DNA of 32,000 bases from Halogeometricum borinquense DSM 11551. GTDB taxonomy: Archaea > Halobacteriota > Halobacteria > Halobacteriales > Haloferacaceae. Under the pieces are notes generated by a model. It saw only the letters and a program-made list of their open reading frames with translations, had not been told where the DNA came from and did no database searches. The stretch is from contig NC_014735.1 in assembly GCF_000172995.2 (NCBI RefSeq), positions 180,001-212,000 of the forward strand, written 5' to 3'. This document shows positions 6,234-16,075 of this stretch, in pieces (the stretch's first letter is position 1; every line of letters starts with the position of its first letter). The position numbers and the translations under genes are program-made.

Positions 6234-9053
6234 ATGACAAGTAATACGAAGCAGTTCCGCGCAGTATTCCTCGCGGCGCTGATGGTTATGTCGGTCTTCG
6301 CCGGCACCATCGCGTTCGCTGGAAGTGCTGCTGCGGTCTCTGGTGCGTCCAAAGTAACCTTCAGTCCGACAGATGTCGATGAGGGTGAAACGGGCAGCCA
6401 GCACAACGTGAACGTATCGATTTCTGGATATACTAACGCTGATGGCGCTGCGGATACCATCAACGTCACGCTCCCCGCGGGCGTGACGTTCGCCAACTCC
6501 AATCTGGTCATCGAGAACGCCTCGGGCACCCAGATCGGCACTGGCTCCGTCACCTTGACGAACAACGACGCTAGCGCAGAGATCAGCATCAACCCTGCCT
6601 CTGGCGACGTTACGGACCCGATCTACCTGAGCGGTACCGTGACGGTTGACGCGCCGAGCAACATCGGATCCGACCAGCAAGGTCAGGTCACGCTCTCGAT
6701 GACGCAGTCTGACGGATCTGACCTCGCTGCGACTGACATCCAGCAGCTCACCGTCAACAACCTTGAGGAGGACAACACTGCTCCGAGCTTCGAGGACGCA
6801 GACCTCTACGACAACGACACGTCCGCGAGCGAGGATGCTGAACTCGAACTGGCCTTCAACGAGCCTATCAAGGACATCGAGAAGAGCGACTTCAACCTCT
6901 ACGTCGACGAGGAGCCGATTGCAGACAGCAAGATCTCGCTCGATCAAAAGGGAAGCTCCGGTCGCGTCGTGCTCGGTCTCGACGACGTCTACACGGGCGA
7001 CGTGGAGATCAAGCTCTTCGATAGCATCGAGGACACCTCGGGTAACGCACTCGACGACACGGGTAACAAGACGGTAACCGTCGCTCCCGTGCCGGTGAAG
7101 GATGGCAGCGACATCAACGCCTACCAGGGCTCCAACATCGCTGTTATCACCGATAAGACGCAAACCGAGATTACTGTTGAGGCCTCTGACGACGAGGACT
7201 TCGACTCCTTCCAGGAAGGTAACACTGGCACGAACAGTCAGGTCTACGTCTTCAGCACGACCGACGACACTGAAACCGGTCAGTACAACATCACTCTCAA
7301 GGGCGAGGGCAGCGCGCAGGTCAACGTCCGTAACCTCGGCCTCGAAGTGAACATCGACGACCTCAACGTCACGACTGAAGACGAGATTGAGGGAGTAGTC
7401 GAGGCGAAGGCAGGCAACCGTCCGGTCCGACTCGAACTGCTCGACTCCGACGGTGACACCGTCGAACAACGTGACGTCGAACTCTCGGGTCAGCGCAAGT
7501 ACGAGTTCTCGTTCAACGCATCGGAACTCGACCTCGACGCAGACAACTACACGGTCCTGGCGACGGACAAGCAGTCCGGCGTCGAATCCGAATCCTCCTC
7601 GATCGTTGTTAAGAAGGCCGGTGAGGGCCGCACATCGTTCCCCGGAGACCGTCTCTTCGTGGACCAGCGCGGTGACGTTGCGAACATCACGATCAACGTC
7701 GAAAACTCCGACTTCGCAACTCTGTCGCTCGGGTCGGACGATCTCGCCTTCGAGAGCAACGTGACGATCGAAGACGTCAACGGTGACGGACAGGTCAGCC
7801 TCCTGTTCAACACCTACGCCGCAACCGGAATGTCCGGTGACCTCGGCGATGGCGGTAACGTCTACAGTACCCCGTCGCTCGAAGATCAGGACGACGACGA
7901 GATCACCTCTGCAACTATCGAGCAGAGTGTCAAGTCGCTCCTCGAGCCGGGCCGGTACCCGCTCGAAGTCCGCGCGGGTCAGGATGAGACTGTCGACTCC
8001 GAAGACGCTGGTACGCTCGAGCTCGAAGAGCGTAACACGACGAACATCCAGAGCTGGGTCGCCCCGACTGGTACGAACTTCGAAGATATCGACGAACTCT
8101 ACGACGCAGTAGAGAACAACAACCTCACGCAGGCGAACAAGATTGCCAAAGGCGACATAGCGGTCCACAAGCTCGAGGCCTCCGGTCTTGAAGGGCTCCT
8201 TGGTGCACAGTCGGACGACGACGTGTCCAGCGAGTTCTTCTCCGAAGTCAATAGTGACGGCGCCTTCGAGCTCACCGTTGAGCAAGCGAACCCCGGTGCG
8301 AACCGCGACCCGTACGAACTCGAACTCGGTACGGACAACACGACTGTCTGGGCCGACTCCGACAACAACACGTACTTCATCAAGTACGATACGGACCAGG
8401 TCACGACGACCGAGCGTTCGATTGACAAGGATCACGTGCTCGAAGCGAACTTCACGGTCTACGAGGACGAAGGTAACCTCACCGACGTAGACGACGGTGA
8501 GACGGTCAAAGACGAGTACGAAGTTGTCGAGGCCGACTACATGATCGACGACCCGTACAACGTGACGAATGCTGCTGGTCAGACGATCATGGCCGAGACG
8601 ACTGTCGCGCCTGGTACGGAAGTCAGCGTACGAGCCCGCTCGACGGGTGACACGCAGCCGAGCTTCCTGAAGCCCGCGACCGTCTACGTCACCGAGAACC
8701 AGACGTTCTCGGCTACGCTCGACTTCAGCGAACAGGCAGTTGGCGACACCTACGAAATCACGATCGACGGCGGCGCAGCTGACTCTGTAACGGTTGATGG
8801 TAACGTCGTCGAGAGTCCCGAGACGCCGACGCCGACGGACACGCCGGACAACGAGACGGACACGGCGACTGACGGCGAAGATACGCCGACGGACACGCCG
8901 ACGCCGACGGCCACGCCGACTGACGGCGGAGACACGCCGACTGACGGCGGAGACACTGAAACTGAAACCGGCACGGGTACGCCCGGCTTCGGTGTCGTCG
9001 TTGCTGTCACGGCACTCCTCGCCGCGGCGCTCCTCGCAGTCCGCCGCGACTAA
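6234..9053 (+). CDS. csg: S-layer (cell surface) glycoprotein, PGF-CTERM anchored
   Basis: ATG 6234 is preferred over track start 6156. The signal peptide MTSNTKQFRAVFLAALMVMSVFAGTIAFAGSAAA closely resembles the haloarchaeal Csg signal peptide as I recall it from Haloferax (…LMVTSVFAGAIAFTGSAAA). 939 aa and very acidic. About 20 N-x-S/T sequons by hand count. Thr/Pro/Asp-rich C-terminal stalk and PGFGVVVAVTALLAAALLAVRRD (8982-9050). Confidence 0.85.
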   Translation: MTSNTKQFRAVFLAALMVMSVFAGTIAFAGSAAAVSGASKVTFSPTDVDEGETGSQHNVNVSISGYTNADGAADTINVTLPAGVTFANSNLVIENASGTQIGTGSVTLTNNDASAEISINPASGDVTDPIYLSGTVTVDAPSNIGSDQQGQVTLSMTQSDGSDLAATDIQQLTVNNLEEDNTAPSFEDADLYDNDTSASEDAELELAFNEPIKDIEKSDFNLYVDEEPIADSKISLDQKGSSGRVVLGLDDVYTGDVEIKLFDSIEDTSGNALDDTGNKTVTVAPVPVKDGSDINAYQGSNIAVITDKTQTEITVEASDDEDFDSFQEGNTGTNSQVYVFSTTDDTETGQYNITLKGEGSAQVNVRNLGLEVNIDDLNVTTEDEIEGVVEAKAGNRPVRLELLDSDGDTVEQRDVELSGQRKYEFSFNASELDLDADNYTVLATDKQSGVESESSSIVVKKAGEGRTSFPGDRLFVDQRGDVANITINVENSDFATLSLGSDDLAFESNVTIEDVNGDGQVSLLFNTYAATGMSGDLGDGGNVYSTPSLEDQDDDEITSATIEQSVKSLLEPGRYPLEVRAGQDETVDSEDAGTLELEERNTTNIQSWVAPTGTNFEDIDELYDAVENNNLTQANKIAKGDIAVHKLEASGLEGLLGAQSDDDVSSEFFSEVNSDGAFELTVEQANPGANRDPYELELGTDNTTVWADSDNNTYFIKYDTDQVTTTERSIDKDHVLEANFTVYEDEGNLTDVDDGETVKDEYEVVEADYMIDDPYNVTNAAGQTIMAETTVAPGTEVSVRARSTGDTQPSFLKPATVYVTENQTFSATLDFSEQAVGDTYEITIDGGAADSVTVDGNVVESPETPTPTDTPDNETDTATDGEDTPTDTPTPTATPTDGGDTPTDGGDTETETGTGTPGFGVVVAVTALLAAALLAVRRD
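8915..8956 (+). repeat. Perfect 21-bp tandem duplication (gccgactgacggcggagacac x2) encoding PTDGGDT PTDGGDT in the Csg stalk
   Basis: Direct reading: 8915-8935 is identical to 8936-8956. Confidence 0.95.
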
Positions 9054-9070
9054 CGTCGCTGGCTGAACCA

Positions 9071-9105
9071 CCGGCTCACGCCGGCCTCTTACTTTCCTTT
9101 CTTTC
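9071..9105 (+). terminator. Stem-loop (CCGGC tcac GCCGG) followed by a T-rich tract downstream of csg
   Basis: ccggctcacgccgg at 9071-9084, then ctcttactttcctttctttc, starting 18 nt after the TAA. Confidence 0.45.
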
Positions 9106-9162
9106 GGCGCGGTACCCGAGCACAGTCAAAACTCATCAGTAGTGTCATTCAATTCTAATAAG

Positions 9163-9176
9163 AATATTTAATATTT
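9163..9176 (+). promoter_or_regulatory. TATA-box region (AATATTTAATATTT) for the 9201 gene, with spacing that suggests a leaderless mRNA
   Basis: AT island in GC-rich DNA, centred ~31 nt upstream of ATG 9201. Two direct copies of the self-complementary hexamer AATATT. Confidence 0.5.
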
Positions 9177-9200
9177 CTCGATGGGTACATATACGAGTAG

Positions 9201-10019
9201 ATGCCGCCCAGAAGAGACCTCCATGTGATTAGCGAACGCGATCTCGTTTCCACGTACGATCCCCGCCAGTACGACGATGCGTGGGACGCGGTCGAACAGT
9301 ATCGATGTGTTCAGTCGTATCACGAACGCAACCCCGAGAAAGGATCCTCAGCCGTCTCGAACGAGTTTGGGTTACCCCGCGGCCGTGTCCACGGTTGGTT
9401 GCACGGTGGAAAGCCAGATCAGGTCAAAGCGCTCTCTTTCGGACACCAGTACGGCTGGTTCGACGCGACGTGGGAGGACGAAGCGGGACACGCGTTCAAT
9501 ACGCTTGTCGCCGCCGTCTTCGCTGGTGGATCCATTGGTGCGCGGGACTACAGCCTCAGATTCACCCTCGGGAAAGGACACGAGGCACAGATCACCGCCG
9601 CCGTCGAACGACTTGCCGGGGGCTACCGTACGGTTCAGGATATCGATGGCCGCAAGACGTGGGAGATTTCGCCCACGGAGGGACAGGCACCGCTGGCGCG
9701 CGCCTTGGTCGCGCTCGGCGCTCCGAGAGGCACGAAAAACGCCGATGCGGATGTCTCCCTTCCGCAGTACTTGAAGACGGCACCGGAACGAATCAGACAG
9801 GAGTTCCTACAAGTGTATCTCACGTTACGGGCCAGCGATGCTGAGTACACTAACTACCTCACGGTCCGCGAAAGCCGTCCCGACGAGTTCCTCGATGAAC
9901 TGGCAGCGTTCATGGATCAAGAACTCCCCGCCGAGGTGTATCGGAACGATAGCATCGTCGTCTCCCCCGAAGCGATAGATGCGCTGGACGCTCCCTTAGA
10001 AGAAGGTTCGCTCGGATAG
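9201..10019 (+). CDS. Hypothetical protein with an N-terminal HTH-like segment and possibly degenerate LAGLIDADG-like motifs
   Basis: Good haloarchaeal acidic composition. SSAVSNEFGLPRGRVHGWLHG looks HTH-like. LVAAVFAGGSIG and FLQVYLTLRASD weakly resemble degenerate LAGLIDADG helices lacking the catalytic acidic residues. The functional call is speculative. Confidence 0.65.
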   Translation: MPPRRDLHVISERDLVSTYDPRQYDDAWDAVEQYRCVQSYHERNPEKGSSAVSNEFGLPRGRVHGWLHGGKPDQVKALSFGHQYGWFDATWEDEAGHAFNTLVAAVFAGGSIGARDYSLRFTLGKGHEAQITAAVERLAGGYRTVQDIDGRKTWEISPTEGQAPLARALVALGAPRGTKNADADVSLPQYLKTAPERIRQEFLQVYLTLRASDAEYTNYLTVRESRPDEFLDELAAFMDQELPAEVYRNDSIVVSPEAIDALDAPLEEGSLG

Positions 10020-10053
10020 CGCTCGCCGCGTTCGCTTGATTCGGCCTGTGCGC

Positions 10054-13050
10054 CTATCGTTCGGTCCGAAGCAGGCGTTCGGGGTCGTGACTGAGGAAGG
10101 CGTATCCGACGCCGAGTGCACTGCCAATCGCAAGTGCAAGCGCGCCGAGTCCAGTCCCGAGGAGGAGTTCTACGGACTGGGGCGCGTGCAGTTTAATGCC
10201 GAAGATGACGAGTACGTCGCTTCGAGCGAGAACGTAAATGACGGTGAACGCCGTCCCGAATGCGATAGCTATCGCCGGAAGTGACAGTTTGACTGCATCC
10301 ACGGCGAGTACTCCGAGTAGTTGCCGGCGACTCGCACCCGTCGCACGGAAGATACCGATTCGGCGTCGGTTTGCGTGGACGGCATGAGCGAACGTTGCCG
10401 CTGTCCCACCGACCGTACTGACGCCAGCGAGAGCGATCATAACGAGGAACAGTACTCGAACGTTCCCGAAGACGCTCTCGATGGCGTGGTTGATGGCCGT
10501 CCCTTGTGAGTACTCGCCTTGGGACGCGAGCGTAGCGGTGACCCGTTCGTCACCGGTGACGCGGTACGTCGTCGTTGCGAGGACAATCTCATCCGAGACT
10601 AATCGGAGGTCGTACGTTCCGGGGGTGAGCGAGTCATCAAGTCCCGCGTCCGAGGCCGGAATACGAATTTGCGTGATATTGCCGCCGGTCATTTCCACGG
10701 TTCGGTGTTCCGTCTCCGCGGGGGTAACGAGCGAAACGTTTCGCACGAAAAACTGCCCCCATGGGTTCGCCAACTGTACCGTTACCTCCGGCTTGGTCAA
10801 TCGTGTTCCGCGTTGTGGTGATACCTGTAGTCGTCCGATGAGGCGCTGCGGTGCATCCTCTTCGACGACGAGCGTGCGCCGCTCGCTCGTGTAGTTCTGT
10901 TTCTCGATAGTGAGCGTGTACTCACCCGGTTCCGTGGGTACGCGCATGAGGACAGTGCCCTGCTCGTTCGTCGTACCCTGCCGATCTCCGAGCGTTACTG
11001 TCGCCCCCGTAACGGGCGTCTCGTTCCGCGTCGTCGCGGGGACGATGAGTGTCGAACCCGGTGGTGCCCGTCTGGGGAACTTCGCGGGGAGTCGGAGCGT
11101 TCGCGGACTGAACACTTCGACTGACTTGGTCATTTCTGCCGCTGTTATCGTGTGCGTTCCCGGCTCTGCGAAGGTGAACCCGACATCGGCCGCGCCGCTT
11201 TCTCCCGGCCCGACAGAGAGCGTTCGACTGCGCGTCCTGTTATCAGCGCGAACCGTTACGTTCCGCGTCGCGGCTTTCTTCCCAAGGTTCTCTCCTCGAA
11301 CCGTCAGCGTGTACGTGTGGTTAACTTCTACCGATGACGAACCTGATAGCTCGGTCACGACGATACCGCTTGATTGCCCCGCAAATCGCTCGAAGTCGAG
11401 CGTATCACCGTTCGTCCGGATGAGGTGAACGGTTTTACTGTCGGTGGCTAACTGCTGTCCCGTCTGTAGCGGAATGAGTAGTTGGTCGTCGGTGATACCG
11501 TCGCCCGAGAATCGCCCGACAATTGTGAGTCGCCGAACGCCGGGCGTGACACTTCCACCGACCATTATCGTCTCACCCACGCTGACATCGAGCGTGTCCG
11601 CGAGACTTGTCCCGATAACGGCCTCGTCGTAGGCCGCTGGGGTCCGCCCTTCGACTACTGTCGTATTCGAAACCGCGCTGAACGCCGTGTAGTTCGCTCC
11701 GCGAGCGAGATACGGTTCGCCGTTTCGTGTCTGCGCGTACAGTACCTCTGGACTCGCCGTGATGTTCTGCGAGCGCAGGACCGACGCGTACTCCTCGCTG
11801 ATTCGGCTATTCAGCGGGTGCGTGATACCGGCCTCGGTGACAGTGCCGCTCGACGTCGTTGCCAGTGGTGCGAGTGCGCCGCCGATTGCAGTCGTGAGGA
11901 GGATAACCAGCACGAAGACGGCAACTGTCGTCGTCGTCGGAACGACCGCCCGCCAATCGACGAACGTGGGCTGGACGAGCGAGAGCCGTTCTCGAACCCG
12001 TGTCGCAATCGACTGTGTCGTGTTCGTGGAGCGGCCGATTGTCGCAGGACTCCCTCGAACGACGGGAACTGATGCGAGAACGCCGGCGAGCACGCCCATC
12101 CCGAGGAGGAAGCCACCGATCTGTAGCACTGCCCACAGAATATCCGACGTGACGACGGCCCGTATCGTGACCGGCAATCCGGCGTACGTCGCCGCGTTGA
12201 TGACGGCTTTTGTCGTGATGAGACCGATTGCAAAGCCCAATATCACCCCTGTCCCGACGAGTCCGAGAACCCGCCCTTGCAGCACAGCGAAGAGACGGAT
12301 CGGTGAGATACCGGTCGCCCGCGCCACCCGTATCTCCGGATGGCGGTCGCGTATCGACATTCGCGTCACGTTGTAGACGACGACAAGGATGAGTAATCCG
12401 CCGCCGACGGCGGCGATGGTGAGCGTTCGTATCACCTGCCCGAGACCGCTGACTAAGAACGGTAACGCGCCGATCAGTGGTGCTCCCTGTTCTTGCCACT
12501 GTGCGATACCTGCCGGTTCTCCTCCGGCCTCGATGACGAGTGCGCCTGATGCTCCGAGTGATGTAACCGTATCAGCCGATCCGACGTACCACTCCGCCGG
12601 GAATATCGACTGTTCGGGCGGGTGTGGTGACACCGTCGTGTCGGTCGTTCCGACGGGGAGTTGTGTCGTTCGGGGGACTGGACCGTATAGCCCCTCGTCC
12701 GGAGCGCTGGGGACGGTCGCTGGTTGCCATGCGACCGACGCCTCCTCGATTCTCGGTGGGGCGTCCGGCGGAATCCCGACGACCGTTCGGGTGTGACCGT
12801 CGATATCGACACGTATGAGCGGAAATACGAGGTCTCCCGTATCCGTGGCGGCGACGGCAGCGTCGTGTGACTCGTAATACGTCGCCGTCGAAGCGCTTTC
12901 GAGGTCGCCTTCGAGCGTCGATGTGTAGGAGCCGACAGTCAGCAAGAGGACGGCGGAGCCGATGAGAAACGCCGTGGTGACGGCGATGACAGCGACACTC
13001 AGCCACTCCCGGCGAGACCACGACGAAAGCAGCGTCGATTCGAATCGCAT
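10054..13050 (-). CDS. Giant double-FtsX (MacB-like, type VII ABC) permease with large extracytoplasmic beta-sandwich-rich domains, paralogue 1
   Basis: Two FtsX-module signatures: MSIRDRHPEIRVARATGISPIRLF and ANRRRIGIFRATGASRRQLL. MacB-periplasmic-core-like YDEAVIGTSLADTLDVSVGETIMVGGS. A carboxypeptidase-regulatory-like repeat ATVTLGDRQGTTNEQGTVLMRVPTEPGEYTLTIEKQNY. Starts 18 nt downstream of the ATPase gene. Confidence 0.9.
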   Translation of the reverse strand: MRFESTLLSSWSRREWLSVAVIAVTTAFLIGSAVLLLTVGSYTSTLEGDLESASTATYYESHDAAVAATDTGDLVFPLIRVDIDGHTRTVVGIPPDAPPRIEEASVAWQPATVPSAPDEGLYGPVPRTTQLPVGTTDTTVSPHPPEQSIFPAEWYVGSADTVTSLGASGALVIEAGGEPAGIAQWQEQGAPLIGALPFLVSGLGQVIRTLTIAAVGGGLLILVVVYNVTRMSIRDRHPEIRVARATGISPIRLFAVLQGRVLGLVGTGVILGFAIGLITTKAVINAATYAGLPVTIRAVVTSDILWAVLQIGGFLLGMGVLAGVLASVPVVRGSPATIGRSTNTTQSIATRVRERLSLVQPTFVDWRAVVPTTTTVAVFVLVILLTTAIGGALAPLATTSSGTVTEAGITHPLNSRISEEYASVLRSQNITASPEVLYAQTRNGEPYLARGANYTAFSAVSNTTVVEGRTPAAYDEAVIGTSLADTLDVSVGETIMVGGSVTPGVRRLTIVGRFSGDGITDDQLLIPLQTGQQLATDSKTVHLIRTNGDTLDFERFAGQSSGIVVTELSGSSSVEVNHTYTLTVRGENLGKKAATRNVTVRADNRTRSRTLSVGPGESGAADVGFTFAEPGTHTITAAEMTKSVEVFSPRTLRLPAKFPRRAPPGSTLIVPATTRNETPVTGATVTLGDRQGTTNEQGTVLMRVPTEPGEYTLTIEKQNYTSERRTLVVEEDAPQRLIGRLQVSPQRGTRLTKPEVTVQLANPWGQFFVRNVSLVTPAETEHRTVEMTGGNITQIRIPASDAGLDDSLTPGTYDLRLVSDEIVLATTTYRVTGDERVTATLASQGEYSQGTAINHAIESVFGNVRVLFLVMIALAGVSTVGGTAATFAHAVHANRRRIGIFRATGASRRQLLGVLAVDAVKLSLPAIAIAFGTAFTVIYVLARSDVLVIFGIKLHAPQSVELLLGTGLGALALAIGSALGVGYAFLSHDPERLLRTER

Positions 13051-13068
13051 CTCAGCCCCCGAGCGCGG

Positions 13069-13767
13069 TCATTGCCGCGGAGAGTAGTCTATCGATTCCA
13101 GCTCGTCGTCGTCCGCATCTGTGATGCGGCCGTCTTGGAGGAGTACTGTCTCCGCGAACCGCGGTGCTAACCCTCGGTCGTGGCTGATGAGTACGAGAGC
13201 GGTATCCGTCTGCGCTTTGACTCTGAAGAGGAGATCAAGCACGCGCTCGGCCGTGTTCGGGTCGAGTTGTCCTGTCGGTTCGTCCGCCAGCACAACGTCG
13301 GGTTTGTTCGCCAGCGCGCGGGCGATGGCGACGCGTTGTTTCTCCCCGCCGCTCAGCGTAGTTGGGTACTGCTCTCTGAGGTCTGTGATGTCGAGCGCGT
13401 CGAATAGCGTTTCGAGCCACGATTCGTCGCGGCTCCCGGTGTGGTCCTGCGGGAGCGCGGCGTTGTCCCACGCGGAGAGGTCCGGAATCAGCTGAAAATC
13501 CTGAAACACGAACCCAATCGTATCGCGCCGAATCGCGGCGCGCTTTCGCTCCGGTAGCGAACTGGCGTCCTCGCCGTTGACGAAGAGTGACCCGCTGGTC
13601 GGTGTACTCAGTAGTCCGAGAACGTTGAAGAGAGTCGTTTTGCCAGCGCCGCTCGGGCCTCTGACAAGGAGCGACGTGTCGTCGGCGACATCGAGCGAGA
13701 TGCCGTCGAGAATGACGCTCCCTCCCCGTTCGACAGTGACGTTTTCGCCGCGGAGCACGGGTGCCAT
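13069..13767 (-). CDS. ABC transporter ATP-binding protein (MacB/LolD-type)
   Basis: Walker A GPSGAGKTT, Q-loop FVFQDFQLIPDLSAWDN, signature LSGGEKQRVAIARAL, Walker B VVLADEPTGQLD, H-loop ISHD. Confidence 0.95.
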   Translation of the reverse strand: MAPVLRGENVTVERGGSVILDGISLDVADDTSLLVRGPSGAGKTTLFNVLGLLSTPTSGSLFVNGEDASSLPERKRAAIRRDTIGFVFQDFQLIPDLSAWDNAALPQDHTGSRDESWLETLFDALDITDLREQYPTTLSGGEKQRVAIARALANKPDVVLADEPTGQLDPNTAERVLDLLFRVKAQTDTALVLISHDRGLAPRFAETVLLQDGRITDADDDELESIDYSPRQ

Positions 13768-13843
13768 CTTGCCGCCACGTTCACGCTTCTCCTATGTATG
13801 TCGTTTGCTTCTGTGAGTTACAAACTGACGACACGAATCGACG

Positions 13844-14362
13844 CTACCGCTTGACCGGATGCTGGTGCCGACTCCACGCCCAGACTGCCACCGCCACGAT
13901 AGCAAGCGAGAACTGAACTCGCATCCCGAGACCGAAGCCGTGGTTGAGCAGTCGTACCCACGGCGGTATTCCGTCGTTCGGATAGTTGATTGCGGGGAAC
14001 ACGGGCCAGAGGAGGAATCGAAGCTCCGTCCACTGCTGTGTGAGAACGAGTCGATAGGAGTCGCCGAGTACGTGTGAGAGCGTGCCGACACTGAGGATCG
14101 GCCACAGCGGCCGCCGTTCGAGGTGAACCAAGATTGTCCCCACGAGGAGCAGCACTGGGACGAGAACCACGAGCGAGTGTGCGAGCGAGCGCCCACTCGA
14201 CAGCACGCCGATGTACACGAGCGGTTTGTCCACGAGGTCAGGGAGTTGCGATGCCACGACGAGGATGGCAAGCGGACGGCCGTGCGGCAGTTGGATATCC
14301 GTGACTCTCGCGTAGAGAACGTAGCTGAGATATGCCAGCGCGAGATGCCCGATTGGATACAC
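13844..14362 (-). CDS. Membrane-bound metal-dependent hydrolase-like protein (DUF457/YdjM-like)
   Basis: GTG start. Small polytopic protein with His-containing motifs MYPIGHLALAYL, LAHSL and LSHVLGDS, typical of that family as I recall it. The 190-aa alternative-frame ORF (13792..14364) is Ser/Arg-rich and not membrane-like. Confidence 0.7.
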   Translation of the reverse strand: MYPIGHLALAYLSYVLYARVTDIQLPHGRPLAILVVASQLPDLVDKPLVYIGVLSSGRSLAHSLVVLVPVLLLVGTILVHLERRPLWPILSVGTLSHVLGDSYRLVLTQQWTELRFLLWPVFPAINYPNDGIPPWVRLLNHGFGLGMRVQFSLAIVAVAVWAWSRHQHPVKR

Positions 14363-14416
14363 ACGTAGAGTCGCTTGCGGCGGACGTATCAGTGTTCGGT
14401 TCCGACGCCGTCGCGT

Positions 14417-16075
14417 CTAACAACCCGAGTACTGACCGCTCGGCATCGAGATGACGAGTGGGTCGCGTCCGTTTGAGGCGTAGACCACGTTTCGAGACGA
14501 GAGCCACCGGTCGTACGCTTCCGGTGAGACCGTTTTCGGGGCTGTCGGGAACAGGTGTGCCCCGGTCGTCGTCCACGACCGCTGTGAGAGGACCGGACAG
14601 GATGGACTCGAACCTCCGGTCAACCAGTTTGCAACGGGGTCGAACGTTGCGTTTTCGTCGAATACGTACACTCCGATTCGCGTAACTGGATGGTCGCTTA
14701 CCCAGTCCGACTCGCTTTGGGTGCTGACGAACTCGATGCCCTGATACTCGGACGGCATGGTCGTTGTGAGGGCTGACCCGGAGTCTAAGTTGATGAACGC
14801 AAGCGGTGCCGAGGCGGTCACGGTCGCAACGACGAGTAAGACGAGCAGTATGCGGAGTGCTCGCCGTGGGCTACTGTCACCCCGCCGTTCGAGCAATCGC
14901 GCAACGGTGATCGCACTGATGATCAAGATCGGGAGGTGAAGGAACGTCTGTGCGCGCATTGCAGTGGCGAAGTACTCGGGTGTGAGCGACGCCGTGAGGC
15001 TAAAACCGATGATGACGGCCGGCGCGGAAAACAGTGCCACGAGGAGGAAAGCACCGCGATATTCATCGAGAACATCCAGCGAGGCGACCGCTGCGAGTGC
15101 AACGACGACGAGCAGACTCACCAATCCGAGTACGGTTCGTGGCGTGGTCACCGTGCCCGGGAAGATGGGCGTGAACGCGTTCAGGATCACAACGGCGAAG
15201 AACGAGCCGATGACCGCGAGATACGTTCCCTGCCTGATGCGGAGGCTGGTGTGTTGGATCCACACCACGCCGATAACGAGGACGATACCCCACGCGACGA
15301 ACAGTCCCGGATAGGCCGTGATGCGATCCACGTACGGAACGGTGAGCGAAAGGCTCGTTGCCGCAGTCCGGTAGTAGACGGCGATGTACGCCCAAAACCC
15401 ACCTGCAAGCCCGACACCACAGAGCAGCGAGCGGCGTGTCAACGTCCGCGAGACGTGCAGTGCAGTCAGCGCAGTGACGATCAATCCGACGACGAGCGAC
15501 GTGAACGTGTGTAATATCGGGAAGATACCGAGAAGCAGTCCGACGATACCGTACCATCGTCGCTGGCCCGTCCGGAAGGCGTAATGAAGCGAGACCGCAA
15601 CGATCAAAGAGAGGAGGATTGCGACGATTTCTTCGTCCGGGACGGCCGTTCGTCGCAGGAATAATCCTTGGACCGCGAGGAGACCGGCCGTGACTGTGGC
15701 GACAGTAGACGGTCGGACCGAGAGGTGCGGAGTATCGCGGACGATGCGGCGTGCGACGACGGCACCGACGAAACAGATGATCGCACCGATTGTCGTCGCT
15801 AGCGGTTGGGCCACGTATAGCGGATCAGCATCGAATACGGTGCCGGTGACAGCGAACAGCGACGTGAACAGCAGGCTATCCGCCCGTCCGGTGAGCGGCA
15901 CCGACCCGGTTTCGGTCGCCGTCCGCGCCATCGCGGCGTAGTTGAAGCCGTCCAACGTCGAGGGATACGGACTCAGGTGGAGTGGAAACGACCGGATCGC
16001 AAGCGCTAGCAGTACTAGAGCGGTGAGGGCGAGTCCGAACCGTCGTCGTCGTTTACGCATCGCGTCGTTCCCCAC
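14417..16075 (-). CDS. GT-C-fold-like polytopic membrane glycosyltransferase candidate (ArnT/PMT/AglS-like) with a C-terminal extracytoplasmic domain
   Basis: More than 10 predicted TM helices. The first loop LDGFNYAAMARTATETGSV aligns with the ArnT-type DETRYAEISREMLASGDW motif (D..YA...R.....G). ~130-aa soluble C-terminal domain. Overlaps the upstream permease stop by 23 nt, or by 8 nt if the alternative ATG 16060 is used. Confidence 0.75.
   Translation of the reverse strand: MGNDAMRKRRRRFGLALTALVLLALAIRSFPLHLSPYPSTLDGFNYAAMARTATETGSVPLTGRADSLLFTSLFAVTGTVFDADPLYVAQPLATTIGAIICFVGAVVARRIVRDTPHLSVRPSTVATVTAGLLAVQGLFLRRTAVPDEEIVAILLSLIVAVSLHYAFRTGQRRWYGIVGLLLGIFPILHTFTSLVVGLIVTALTALHVSRTLTRRSLLCGVGLAGGFWAYIAVYYRTAATSLSLTVPYVDRITAYPGLFVAWGIVLVIGVVWIQHTSLRIRQGTYLAVIGSFFAVVILNAFTPIFPGTVTTPRTVLGLVSLLVVVALAAVASLDVLDEYRGAFLLVALFSAPAVIIGFSLTASLTPEYFATAMRAQTFLHLPILIISAITVARLLERRGDSSPRRALRILLVLLVVATVTASAPLAFINLDSGSALTTTMPSEYQGIEFVSTQSESDWVSDHPVTRIGVYVFDENATFDPVANWLTGGSSPSCPVLSQRSWTTTGAHLFPTAPKTVSPEAYDRWLSSRNVVYASNGRDPLVISMPSGQYSGC

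Noticed and set aside
6186-9071. 961-aa ORF antisense to the whole S-layer gene
   Set aside because: The product is Arg/Val/Leu-rich and basic with no motifs. It mirrors the GAC/GTC/GAG-rich codons of csg on the opposite strand. This is a typical shadow ORF in high-GC DNA, and csg has the signal peptide, sequons and PGF-CTERM.
10321-12812. Numerous 60-230-aa ORFs on both strands inside the permease genes (for example 11807..12499, 11759..12376, 12389..12796)
   Set aside because: They are Arg/Ser/Pro-rich shadow frames. The long frames carry FtsX and MacB-PCD signatures.
13792-14364. 190-aa alternative-frame ORF over the DUF457 gene
   Set aside because: It is Ser/Arg/Cys-rich and not membrane-like. 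The 172-aa frame gives a coherent polytopic His-motif protein.
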